A DNA stretch of 64,000 nt from Schmidtea polychroa (lineage: Eukaryota): the NCBI GenBank assembly GCA_044892525.1, contig CM097886.1:88102001-88166000 (forward strand), in the 5' to 3' direction. The notes beneath the pieces are model-generated. The model had not been told where the DNA came from. It saw only the letters and a list, made by a program, of their open reading frames with translations, and searched no databases. Of this stretch, positions 15,162-25,855 are shown one piece after another (the first letter of the stretch is position 1; every line of letters starts with the position of its first letter). Made by a program: the position numbers and the translations under genes.

Positions 15162-17698
15162 ATGACTAACGGAGAAAACAAGATGATGCAATCGCCTGAC
15201 GCAATGCATCAACAAGATATGCACACTGGAGTTCAATCAACGACTGCAGATGGATTATGTAATTATGCAATTGATATGAAGAAACTTCAGAAATTATTCC
15301 AATTTCAATTGCAATCAAATCAGGCTCTTTTGGATTTCTTCAGTCAATTCAAAGCTGGATTTAATATGCCTTCCATGGAGAATTCAATGAACAATGTCCT
15401 TCCAAACAAGCCGGAAAATCAGTTTCAGAATTTCGAGAAACGTTTGGATTTAATGGAGATTTCATTCTTAAAGATGCTTGAAAGGTTAGAGTGTTTATCT
15501 TTAAATTTTGAAAGTTTCTTTAATAATTTAAATAATTTTGATAAATTTTCTTTAAATAAAGATTTTTTCCATTTTAAAGATAATAAAATTAATGAAATTT
15601 TAATTTAGATAATTGTAATTTTAATAATTCATCAAATGTCAATAAGGATTTTAATATAGAGTTTGATAAATTTTCTTTAAATAAAAATTCTTGTAATGTT
15701 AATAATTCGCTTTCTGATAAAAATCTTAATATTAATGTGAATAACGATTTAAATAAGGATAGTCAAAATTTCGATAATATTAAAATTTCAATAAATAATA
15801 ATACACGTTTTGACAATCCTAAAGTGTTTGTTTCCCAACCGAAAATAAGTAATAAAAGTTTTGATTTTAAGACTTTTATTCGTATTTTAACAAAAAAAGA
15901 GCGAAAACAGCTCTATAATAAGTTTCCAACTTTGATTCCTTTAACTAAAATTAAGGAATCAAAGAATAAATATTTAAAATTAAATAAAATTTTATCTGGG
16001 GAGGAATTTAATGCCAATCCTTTAGGTTTAGATAATTTTAAATGTTTTTTTTATAGGAATTTTAATTTCTGTGTTGAGTTTCATTTAGATAGTTTTTTAA
16101 ATGTAAACTCAACCGTTAAACCTGTCTCTTATAAAAAGAAAATTTTTCTGTCTGAACATAATATTGTAAAGACTTATCCTAATTTTTCTAATTATATAGC
16201 AGCACCAACTTCAATTAAAAGATTTTTATTTAATCTTTCGCCTGAGCTTTCTGAAACAGTTTCTATTACAGACTGTAATCATAGAGAAAATAAAATTAAT
16301 AAAATTATTTCTTCGTTGATTAAACAAGATAAACTCCCAAATTATCTGGTTAAATCAAAAATTAAATATCAAAAGGGTGAGTTCATATTGTTAGATTTGA
16401 CAAACCCAAATATAACATCCAAGATAAATAACGATTTCACATCATCAACATTTTCCGAACTATCTCGTACCCAGATGAAAACTCTCTACTCATCTTATCC
16501 TTCTCTTAAAGAGATTATGTTTGTTGAAAATCCTGACTCAAAATCATCTTCAATTATTAAGTTGATTGAATCTTTAAAAATCGATAATGTGTTTCCTGAA
16601 GATATCTTTTTTGAAGGGGGTAAATTCTTTCAACCTGATATTAAACACAAAGAACCCAATTCATTTCCTGACATAATGTTTAATCTTGGGTTATTTGATC
16701 TAATAAACATGGAAAAAGATGATGTTGAATTAAAATCAATTTTGACTAAAACAGATTGTCACTTTAAAATTGTTGAGATAGTATTTTATCTAAATTACTT
16801 GGGTTTGGTTGGATCCTTAAAATTTTCTCAAAATCAAACTTATTCTGATTATGTTGTCAACTATATTCGAAATTGTTGTTTATTAAATTCACTCTGTTCG
16901 CTTGAAGATCTTTCTCTTCTCTCGCTTGAAAATTTTGAATGTTGGGCTTCTGAAATTATTCAAAGGATTCCAAACTCGTCTTTTTATTATACAAATTGTC
17001 AAGAAAAGCTCTTGAAATTAAAACAATGGAAAATTTCTGGGGAAATTAAAAAGATCCATAACGTAATTTCTCCAAAAACAATAGCATGTGTTAATAGTTT
17101 TCTTGATCTTGTTGACGAAACCTTTCCCAATAAATTTCAAAACAATAATATCCTTACTAAATTAATGGAAACAATTAATAATGAGAAATTAATAGATGAC
17201 ACATATGGCGTTAAAGCGAAGCGATTTATTTATTTTTTGTTGAGAGATACAAAGAAATTTAAGGATAAAAACCAGAAATTCCGTCTGTTTGAAACAAGCA
17301 ATAAATATTGCACTCCAGAGATGTGCCAGCAAATTTCTCTAATAATAACTAAATTAAAATTAATTGTTAACCAAATCAATGTAACAGAAACAGCCGAAAC
17401 CAATTGCGATATTGACAATCAAACTACCAACAGTAATGTTATGGACCCTATCGTTGTCATTGAAGAAATCAACTGTATGAAATGTAATAACATCCTTGAA
17501 AAATTCATTTTGGTCAGAGAAGGAATGAATGTTAACATTTGTGAAAACTGTTTATTTGACGCCATTTCCACTGATCAATCAAATTCTAGTCAAGTCAATC
17601 CAATCCCTACAGAGACTATTGAAGAACCTCTCACAAAGAAATCTGCTACAAAATCGCGAACTACGACACTAAAAAAACAATCATCGAAATCCAAATGA
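15162..17698 (+). pseudogene. ORF1 with 1-bp deletion at ~15601
   Basis: atttTAattt versus atttCAAattt in intact copies; split into 148-aa and 653-aa ORFs. Confidence 0.85.
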
Positions 17699-20600
17699 AG
17701 ATGTGTGCCTGCATCAGCTCAAGCGTCTGCCGTTCCCTTTAATGAGACTGATGCAGAGAGCACAATAGATAATTACTATTTAACAATTGACGATTTTGAT
17801 AGTGAAATGTGGTTCTCTGATAATGATATTGATTGGTATCTTGAAAACCATATCGACAATCCAATGCATGGATACATCAAGTGTTTCATCGTTAATATTC
17901 TATGCTCGAATATTCAAGAAGAAATTGTTGCAATTCCACAGTCAATTACCAATGCTGAAATGATTTTTTGTCCACTTAATATAAACAATTCCCATTGGAT
18001 TCTTTTTGTATACTGTAAGAAATCGAATTCATCTTACTTTATTGATCCAATTTTTAATAACAGAAATAATCTAATCAACAAACAAATGGCTCTTAAAATG
18101 AATATTGCACTAAATAGATTTTTCAACCTCAAGATAGCAGTGTCATATCATCCGCATACAAATCTTCAATATCAAAATAACAATTTTGACTGTGGTCCAT
18201 TCACTTGCGCTTATGCAGTGATAATCAGTAAAGATTGGAACAGCTTTCCTGATGGATTCATTGAAGAAATAAGACGAAATGTTCATCGATATCAGAAACA
18301 CTTGGTTAATGGTTCACCAAATTTAATTGGAGGTGCTAAAAACAATTTAGATATGGCAACAATCAATTTCAAGAAGGCTATCGCTAAATCTAAAACTACA
18401 AATAATAATTTAAACATTACTAAAGTTCTCAACAACCAAGCGCCATGTGTGTCATCACTAATTGATAAATATTATAAAGAGAATTCTAAAATCTTGGTTT
18501 TATCTGCCAATTTAACATCCAATTTAATTGCGCAAAATGACTCTTTTATAGCCGACAATGTCACCTTTAAACAATTTAAAGGAATCGATCACATTCTTGG
18601 TGTCATTCCAAAATTTAAAGATTGGTGTCTTTTCATATACTCCAGTAAGCTTAACCGTAGCTACATTTTTGATTTTAATTATAGAAATATTGATGAGAGA
18701 TTGATTGAAATTGGTGAAAAGATGACCGATTATCTCAATCAATTTTGTCTTAATCGAAAAATTAAATTCATAGCTGATCATCGAATCTCGCATCCTTCCT
18801 TTCACTCTAATGACAATCAATACTTTGCAAGTTCCTTTATTGTGTTTTTTGAGAAATTTGTCTTTGAAAGACTCTTGGATTATGATAAAGTATATGATAC
18901 ACTTGGTGAATTAAAATCTCAGTCGTGCATTGAAATTTCTCCCAACTTTAATTTAATCAACGGGAAAATAACTGATAAAATTATTAATGAATATTTTATG
19001 AACCTAAAATTATCGAATAATTATATTCTCCTAAACAGAACTTTGTCTGCTGCAATTTCAGATGATTGTACTCAATACTTAAATGATTTTTTAAACCTTG
19101 AGGACATGATGAAGGCAAATGTAATCTTTGCAATAATTTCTCCTCCCAAGGCCCATGAATTGCTGCTGGTAATTGATTACGACACAGACGAACATTATTT
19201 TCTTAGTCCAGTGACCAATGATTTGAATGTGTTTTCTCAAGCTTTCTCTTATAACATTGTGCTCAAAATTAATGAGCTACGACAAAGTAAAGGGCGTGCA
19301 ATGACAATTGGTCACTGCCCACATGATATAAGAGGTTCTGGTTTATTTAGCAAAATATTAATTTGTGCATTTATCAGAAACTACACTCAAGATAAATCTC
19401 TTGAAAATATTAACTTGACTGAAATTTCTGAAATAATCAACTCTCTAGTTCCAATGGTTGATAATAATGACATTGTCAAAATTGAGAGACGTGGAAAATT
19501 GAAAATTGCTAATTCTTTGAAACTAACTTTGAAGCAACGCAAAGATAGAATTGATGAGCTTTTAACTACATTGTCTAACTCTAATGTTGATGAAATTATT
19601 TCTACTATTCTGGCAAATATTCCTCATCTAGAAAATTTGCAGGATCAAGAATTTCGAGAGCCATATCTTGGGAAAAATCACAATAAACCTAAAAAATTCA
19701 ACAATTCTACTGAATTTCTGAAAAATATGAAAAAAACTGTAAACAGAATTCTAGGTAATCAGAGCGAAAAAGCTGAACCACCATTTCAGGAAATTATAAA
19801 CACTTTCACTCATCAAGATACTTTACCTGGAAGTTGGAACAACGTTTTAAACTTTAGTAAAATCTCGAAAAGCTTACTTGAATTAGAAATTACTACGCCA
19901 ATGGAAATTCTTTCCAATCTTCAGGAAGCTGATAATTCTACGCCGGGACTTGATAATGTATATTATAAAGATCTTCTGTTACTCGATCCAGATTGTAAGC
20001 TTCTAGCGTTACTTTTCAACAAAATCATTCAACTGAAATCTATCCCTACAAGTTGGAAAACTTTTAAAACAATATTAATTCCGAAACCTGATAAAAATGA
20101 CCAATACCATAAAGTATCTTCATGGCGACCAATCGCATTACTGTCAGTGATTTACAAAGTTTTCGCTTCAGTTCTTGCAACTCGTCTTAGTTTATGGATT
20201 AAAGAAAATAATCTGCTGCATATTGGCCAAAAGGGTGGCTCAGAATACGAAGGATGTATTGAACACAACTCAATTCTCTCTGCGATTGTCGAGCATTCAA
20301 AATATAGTAAATCTTCACCTTTAGCAATAGCCTGGCTTGACATCAAAGACGCTTTCGGAAGTGTTCCACACGAATACATGTGGACATTGTTAAGACATAT
20401 GAACGTTGGTGAAAACTTTGTGAATATCCTGAAATTACTTTATACAGATACGAGCTCGTTTTATCGCTGCAACAAAATGCAGACACCGAATATTCCAATT
20501 AAGAAAGGTGTAACACAAGGTTGCCCGATCTCTATGATTCTGTTTGCAATAGCTATTAATCCGGTTCTTGAAGCTATTACCGCATCTAACATTACACCTT

Positions 20601-22648
20601 TTATGATAGGCTCTTCTCAAGTACAAGTGTTAGCTTATGCTGATGACATTGCACTTATTGCAACTAGCTCAACTGACCTCCAAAAGCTAATTGATGTAGC
20701 TGTAAAAACTGCCAATAATATTGGATTTGAATATCGCCCTGAAAAATGTGCATATATACAATACCCAAAACTAGAAACGGTCAGTGAAATCGTTGTCAAC
20801 AATGATTTAATTAAAAAACTTGCTGGTAATGAATTTTACCAATACTTAGGAGTGCCAATAGGTGATAATAATGATCAAAGTCCCTATGAAATCGTCAGCC
20901 AAGTCATTGAAGATACTAAAAAGATTGCAAACTCTGATCTCTATGGTTGGCAAAAGCTCAAAGCTTATAAAATCTTCCTGCATTCGCGCCTTATTTTCCC
21001 ATTTAGAACTAGGGAAATTAAAACTAGTTCATTAACAGCTCCTAGTAGTAACTCAAGGATAAATGTAAATAGTACTAGCCAATTGAGGAGCCATTTGAGG
21101 AAAATATTAAATTTACCAAACCACTCTGAAATAAGTTATTTCTATAATGCCACTGAAAATGGTGGAGCTGGCTGTATTGACCTTCTTGATGAGTATCACA
21201 CACAGTCGATTGTTTACTTTTTCCGTTTACTAACATCAACTTGCGACTACTCAAAAAAGATAAACACTTTTTCACTCTTGTCTGTGACAAGTCCAAGACT
21301 CGGAATCAAAGAACCAACTCTCAGTCAAAGCTTGGAATGGGTTAATGGAAAAGAAAGCAAATTAAATCATGGTGGTAGTAAAACTCGCTTCTACCGATTG
21401 CGTGCATCAATTGCATATTTCAATCGAGTTCACAACATTAAAATTTCGTTCGAAACTTTCAAACAAAATCCTTCGATTCGACTCACTACTTCATTAACTG
21501 GCACTCGCATATTATTACCAAAATTAAGAAAAGCATTATCAAAGATTCTCCATTCTGCTCTTCAAGATTCGTATCTCGAAAAGTGGGAGAAAAGTAATCA
21601 AAGTAATCTAATTGTGTCTGCTCTCAAACTTTGTCCATTTGTCAACAAACTAATTTTCCGTAGTGACTTGACAGACTTTGAATGGAATTTCATTCATCGA
21701 GCTCGAACAAATACACTCTCTACATTTGCTAAGCCACATAAAACTGGCGAAGACCGCCTTTGTCGTAGATGTAAATCTGAAGATGAGACAATTTTACATG
21801 TACTCCAAACTTGTAGAATCAATCAATCATTAGCAACTAATCGACATAATGCTTGCTTAGAAAAAATTAAAGATGTGCTTAAAAATCCTGAACTCTTGGT
21901 TGTCACTGATCACAAATGTTCTCTTGTACCAAATTCCAACGAACGGGTTGATCTTTTAATAACAAATACCGAGAAAAAGACGATTCTGCTAGTAGACATG
22001 AAATGTCCAATTGATTCTGTAATTAATTTTGAGCGAGTCGACAAATTAAATATGGAAAAATATGATAAATTAAAATCAGATATACAAACAGTTAAACCTG
22101 ATTACAAGGTTGAATTGTTTACATGCATCATGGGTTCCTTGGGATCAATTGAACCAAAAACTTCTGATCTTTTATTAAAAATGGGAATTCCACAAACAAA
22201 AATCAAAGGTTTGATGAAGGAATGCGCAATAAGTAACATTGCACACTCGGCAAAGATTTGGTATTTTCATTGTAATGGAAAGCTTCCAAATTTTGCATAA
22301 TTAAAATAAATTGGTTTTCAACTTAAATAAATAATTAAATTTAAAACTTTTATTAATTTGATTATTTAAACAAACTAAATTTATATTTCATTAAAAAAAT
22401 AAACTAATTATTAGAGAAACTTTCATTTTTTTGAGATAAATATTCTGCGACAGAGCAAATTTATTAATTTAGAACTTCAATCTACCAAAGACAAGTCGCA
22501 ATGCCGGATAATGAAATCCGATAAAATTGATCAGAGATTCCAGCAGATGAAGCAAATATGTGAATATTTGCTTATGGACAACTCCATGTAGAGCTGATTA
22601 TCTGTTAAAAACAATATTCAAATTTGTTATATTTAATAAATGTTTTAT
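15166..22648 (+). mobile_element. Retrotransposon copy 3, full length, most divergent variant; ORF1 frameshifted
   Basis: Same junctions; many private or shared substitutions (e.g. C-terminus PNFA). Confidence 0.95.
17705..22300 (+). CDS. ORF2 protease-RT-RLE (1531 aa), copy 3
   Basis: Intact frame and motifs (GVTQGCP variant). Confidence 0.95.
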   Translation: MPASAQASAVPFNETDAESTIDNYYLTIDDFDSEMWFSDNDIDWYLENHIDNPMHGYIKCFIVNILCSNIQEEIVAIPQSITNAEMIFCPLNINNSHWILFVYCKKSNSSYFIDPIFNNRNNLINKQMALKMNIALNRFFNLKIAVSYHPHTNLQYQNNNFDCGPFTCAYAVIISKDWNSFPDGFIEEIRRNVHRYQKHLVNGSPNLIGGAKNNLDMATINFKKAIAKSKTTNNNLNITKVLNNQAPCVSSLIDKYYKENSKILVLSANLTSNLIAQNDSFIADNVTFKQFKGIDHILGVIPKFKDWCLFIYSSKLNRSYIFDFNYRNIDERLIEIGEKMTDYLNQFCLNRKIKFIADHRISHPSFHSNDNQYFASSFIVFFEKFVFERLLDYDKVYDTLGELKSQSCIEISPNFNLINGKITDKIINEYFMNLKLSNNYILLNRTLSAAISDDCTQYLNDFLNLEDMMKANVIFAIISPPKAHELLLVIDYDTDEHYFLSPVTNDLNVFSQAFSYNIVLKINELRQSKGRAMTIGHCPHDIRGSGLFSKILICAFIRNYTQDKSLENINLTEISEIINSLVPMVDNNDIVKIERRGKLKIANSLKLTLKQRKDRIDELLTTLSNSNVDEIISTILANIPHLENLQDQEFREPYLGKNHNKPKKFNNSTEFLKNMKKTVNRILGNQSEKAEPPFQEIINTFTHQDTLPGSWNNVLNFSKISKSLLELEITTPMEILSNLQEADNSTPGLDNVYYKDLLLLDPDCKLLALLFNKIIQLKSIPTSWKTFKTILIPKPDKNDQYHKVSSWRPIALLSVIYKVFASVLATRLSLWIKENNLLHIGQKGGSEYEGCIEHNSILSAIVEHSKYSKSSPLAIAWLDIKDAFGSVPHEYMWTLLRHMNVGENFVNILKLLYTDTSSFYRCNKMQTPNIPIKKGVTQGCPISMILFAIAINPVLEAITASNITPFMIGSSQVQVLAYADDIALIATSSTDLQKLIDVAVKTANNIGFEYRPEKCAYIQYPKLETVSEIVVNNDLIKKLAGNEFYQYLGVPIGDNNDQSPYEIVSQVIEDTKKIANSDLYGWQKLKAYKIFLHSRLIFPFRTREIKTSSLTAPSSNSRINVNSTSQLRSHLRKILNLPNHSEISYFYNATENGGAGCIDLLDEYHTQSIVYFFRLLTSTCDYSKKINTFSLLSVTSPRLGIKEPTLSQSLEWVNGKESKLNHGGSKTRFYRLRASIAYFNRVHNIKISFETFKQNPSIRLTTSLTGTRILLPKLRKALSKILHSALQDSYLEKWEKSNQSNLIVSALKLCPFVNKLIFRSDLTDFEWNFIHRARTNTLSTFAKPHKTGEDRLCRRCKSEDETILHVLQTCRINQSLATNRHNACLEKIKDVLKNPELLVVTDHKCSLVPNSNERVDLLITNTEKKTILLVDMKCPIDSVINFERVDKLNMEKYDKLKSDIQTVKPDYKVELFTCIMGSLGSIEPKTSDLLLKMGIPQTKIKGLMKECAISNIAHSAKIWYFHCNGKLPNFA

Positions 22649-22702
22649 TAGCGCGTCAGTCTCATAATCTGAAGGTCGTGAGTTCGATCCTCACTCGGGG
22701 CA
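22649..22702 (+). pseudogene. 5'-truncated tRNA-Met (nt 20-73)
   Basis: Element 3' junction. Confidence 0.92.
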
Positions 22703-22870
22703 TAATGTTTTGGATTTTTTCAAAAATTTTCAATTTTGCTATTCTTAGTTCTACAAAGCAATTCGTTTTCAAAACCCAACTTTTCTACATCATTTCGACA
22801 ATAAATCATCAATATTTTGACTTGAATAAAATAAAATGAACAAGTAAAGAAAAGTGAAAATCAAATTAAC

Positions 22871-22943
22871 GCCTCAATAGCGCAGTAGGTAGCGCGTCAG
22901 TCTCATAATCTGAAGGTCGTGAGTTCGATCCTCACTCGGGGCA
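22871..22943 (+). tRNA. tRNA-Met(CAT), G6A variant
   Basis: A6-C67 acceptor-stem mismatch. Confidence 0.85.
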
Positions 22944-23111
22944 TAATGTTTTGGATTTTTTCAAAAATTTTCAATTTTGCTATTCTTAGTTCTACAAAGC
23001 AATTTGTTTTCAAAACCCAACTTTTCTACATCATTTCGACAATAAATCATCAATATTTTGACTTGAATAAAATAAAATGAACAAGTAAAGAAAAGTGAAA
23101 ATCAAATTAAC

Positions 23112-23184
23112 GCCTCGATAGCGCAGTAGGTAGCGCGTCAGTCTCATAATCTGAAGGTCGTGAGTTCGATCCTCACTCGGGGCA
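23112..23184 (+). tRNA. tRNA-Met(CAT)
   Basis: Consensus copy. Confidence 0.96.
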
Positions 23185-23317
23185 TAATGTTTTGGATTTT
23201 TTCAAAAATTATCAATTTTGCTATTCTTAGTTCTACAAAGCAATTTGTTTTCAAAACCCAACTTTTCTACATCATTTCGACAATAAATCATCAATATTTT
23301 GACTTGAATAAAATAAA

Positions 23318-25855
23318 ATGACTAACGAAGAAAACAAGATGATGCAATCGCCTTATGCAATGCATCAACAAGATATGCACACTGGAGTTCAATCAACGAC
23401 TGCAGAAGGATTATGTAATTATGCAATTGATATGAAGAAACTTCAGAAATTATTCCAATTTCAATTGCAATCAAATCAGGCTCTTTTGGATTTCTTCAGT
23501 CAATTCAAAGCTGGATTTAATATGCCTTCCATGGAGAATTCAATGAACAATGTCCTTCCAAACAAGCCGGAAAATCAGTTTCAGAATTTCGAGAAACGTT
23601 TGGATTTAATGGAGATTTCATTCTCAAAGATGCTTGAAAGGTTAGAGTGTTTATCTTTAAATTTTGAGAGTTTCTTTAATAATTTAAATAATTTTGATAA
23701 ATTTTCTTTAAATAAAGATTTTTTCCATTTTAAAGATAATAAAATTAATGAAATTTCAAATTTAGATAATTGTAATTTTAATAATTCATCAAATGTCAAT
23801 AAGGATTTTAATATAGAGTTTGATAAATTTCCTTTAAATAAAAATTCTTGTAATGTTAATAATTCGCTTTCTGATAAAAATCTTAATATTAATGTGAATA
23901 ACGATTTAAATAAGGATAGTCAAAATTTCGATAATATTAAAATTTCAATAAATAATAATACACGTTTTGACAATCCTAAAGTGTTGGTTTCCAAACCGAA
24001 AATAAGTAATAAAAGTTTTGATTTTAAGACTTTTATTCGTATTTTAACAAAAAAAGAGCGAAAACAGCTCTATGATAAGTTTCCAACTTTGATTCCTTTA
24101 ACTAAAATTAAGGAATCAAAGAATAAATATTTAAAATTAAATAAATTTTTATCTGGGGAGGAATTTAATGCCAATCCTATAGGCTTAGATAATTTTAAAT
24201 GTTTTTTTTATAGGAATTTTAATTTCTGTGTTGAGTTTTATATAGATAGTTTTTTAAATGAAAACTCAACCGTTAAACCTGTCTCTTATAAAAAGAAACT
24301 TTTTCTGTCTGAACATAATATTGTAAAGACTTTTCCTAATTTTTCTAATTATATAGCAGCACCAACTGCAATTAAAAGATTTTTATTTAACCTTTCGCCT
24401 GAGCTTTCTGAAACAGTTTCTATTACAGACTGTAATCATAGAGAAAATAAAATTAATAAAATCATTTCTTCTTTGATTAAACAAGAAAAGCTCCCAAATT
24501 ATTTGGTTAAATCAAAAATTAAATATCAAAAGGGTGAGTTTATATTGTTAGATTTGACAAACCCAAATATAACATCCAAGATAAATAACGATTTCACATC
24601 ATCAACATTTTCCGAACTATCTCGTACCCAGATGAAAACTCTCTACTCATCTTATCCTTCTCTTAAAGAGATTATGTTTGTTGAGAATCCTGACTCAAAA
24701 TCATCTTCAATTATTAAGTTGATTGAATCTTTAAAAATCGATAATGTGTTTCCTGAAGATATCTTTTTTGAAGGGGGTAAATTCTTTCAATCTGATATTA
24801 AACACAAAGAACCCAATTCATTTCCTGACATAATGTTTAATCTTGGGTTATTTGATCTAATAAACATGGCAAAAGATGATGTTGAATTAAAATCAATTTT
24901 GACTAAAACAGATTGTCACTTTAAAATTGTTGAGATAGTATTTTATCTAAATTACTTGGGTTTGGTTGGATCCTTAAAATTTTCTCAAAATCAAACTTAT
25001 TCTGATTATGTTGTGAACTATATTCGAAATTGTTGTTTATTAAATTCACTCTGTTCGCTTGAAGATCTTTCTCTTCTCTCACTTGAAAATTTTGAATGTT
25101 GGGCTTCTGAAATTATTCAAAGGATTCCAAACTCGTCTTTTTATTATACAAATTGTCAAGAAAAACTCTTGAAATTAAAACAATGGAAAATTTCTGGGGA
25201 AATTAAAAAGATCCATAACGTAATTTCTCCAGAAACAATAGCATGTGTTAATAGTTTTCTTGATCTTGTTGACGAAACCTTTCCCAATAAATTTCAAAAC
25301 AATAATATCCTTACTAAATTAATGGAAACAATTAATAATGAGAAATTAATAGATGACACATATGGCGTTAAAGCGAAGCGATTTATTTATTTTTTGTTGA
25401 GAGATACAAAGAAATTTAAGGATAAAAACCAGAAATTCCGTCTGTTTGAAACAAGCAATAAATATTGCACTCCAGAGATGTGCCAGCAAATTTCTCTAAT
25501 AATAACTAAATTAAAATTAATTGTTAACCAAATCAATGTAACAGAAACAGCCGAAACCAATTGCGATATTGACAATCAAACTACCAACAGTAATGTTATG
25601 GACCCTATCGTTGTCATTGAAGAAATCAACTGTATGAAATGTAATAACATCCTTGAAAAATTCATTTTGGTCAGAGAAGGAATGAATGTTAACATTTGTG
25701 AAAACTGTTTATTTGACGCCATTTCCACTGATCAATCAAATTCTAGTCAAGTCAATCCAATCCCTACAGAGACTATTGAAGAACCTCTCACAAAGAAATC
25801 TGGTACAAAATCGCGAACTACGACACTAAAAAAACAATCATCGAAATCCAAATGA
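23318..25855 (+). CDS. ORF1, 845 aa, copy 4
   Basis: Intact frame. Confidence 0.88.
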   Translation: MTNEENKMMQSPYAMHQQDMHTGVQSTTAEGLCNYAIDMKKLQKLFQFQLQSNQALLDFFSQFKAGFNMPSMENSMNNVLPNKPENQFQNFEKRLDLMEISFSKMLERLECLSLNFESFFNNLNNFDKFSLNKDFFHFKDNKINEISNLDNCNFNNSSNVNKDFNIEFDKFPLNKNSCNVNNSLSDKNLNINVNNDLNKDSQNFDNIKISINNNTRFDNPKVLVSKPKISNKSFDFKTFIRILTKKERKQLYDKFPTLIPLTKIKESKNKYLKLNKFLSGEEFNANPIGLDNFKCFFYRNFNFCVEFYIDSFLNENSTVKPVSYKKKLFLSEHNIVKTFPNFSNYIAAPTAIKRFLFNLSPELSETVSITDCNHRENKINKIISSLIKQEKLPNYLVKSKIKYQKGEFILLDLTNPNITSKINNDFTSSTFSELSRTQMKTLYSSYPSLKEIMFVENPDSKSSSIIKLIESLKIDNVFPEDIFFEGGKFFQSDIKHKEPNSFPDIMFNLGLFDLINMAKDDVELKSILTKTDCHFKIVEIVFYLNYLGLVGSLKFSQNQTYSDYVVNYIRNCCLLNSLCSLEDLSLLSLENFECWASEIIQRIPNSSFYYTNCQEKLLKLKQWKISGEIKKIHNVISPETIACVNSFLDLVDETFPNKFQNNNILTKLMETINNEKLIDDTYGVKAKRFIYFLLRDTKKFKDKNQKFRLFETSNKYCTPEMCQQISLIITKLKLIVNQINVTETAETNCDIDNQTTNSNVMDPIVVIEEINCMKCNNILEKFILVREGMNVNICENCLFDAISTDQSNSSQVNPIPTETIEEPLTKKSGTKSRTTTLKKQSSKSK

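Larger units (their letters stand above)
13535..15165 (+). repeat. tRNA-Met tandem array segment 2 (1 truncated + 6 full genes)
   Basis: 241-bp units, one 235-bp unit. Confidence 0.95.
22649..23321 (+). repeat. tRNA-Met tandem array segment 3 (1 truncated + 2 full genes)
   Basis: 241-bp units. Confidence 0.95.

Noticed and set aside
22624-22839. Plus-strand 69-78 aa ORFs over the 3' UTR, half-tRNA and spacer (also 30587-30823, 30780-30989)
   Set aside because: Depend on copy-specific substitutions, overlap tRNA sequence, not conserved in other copies
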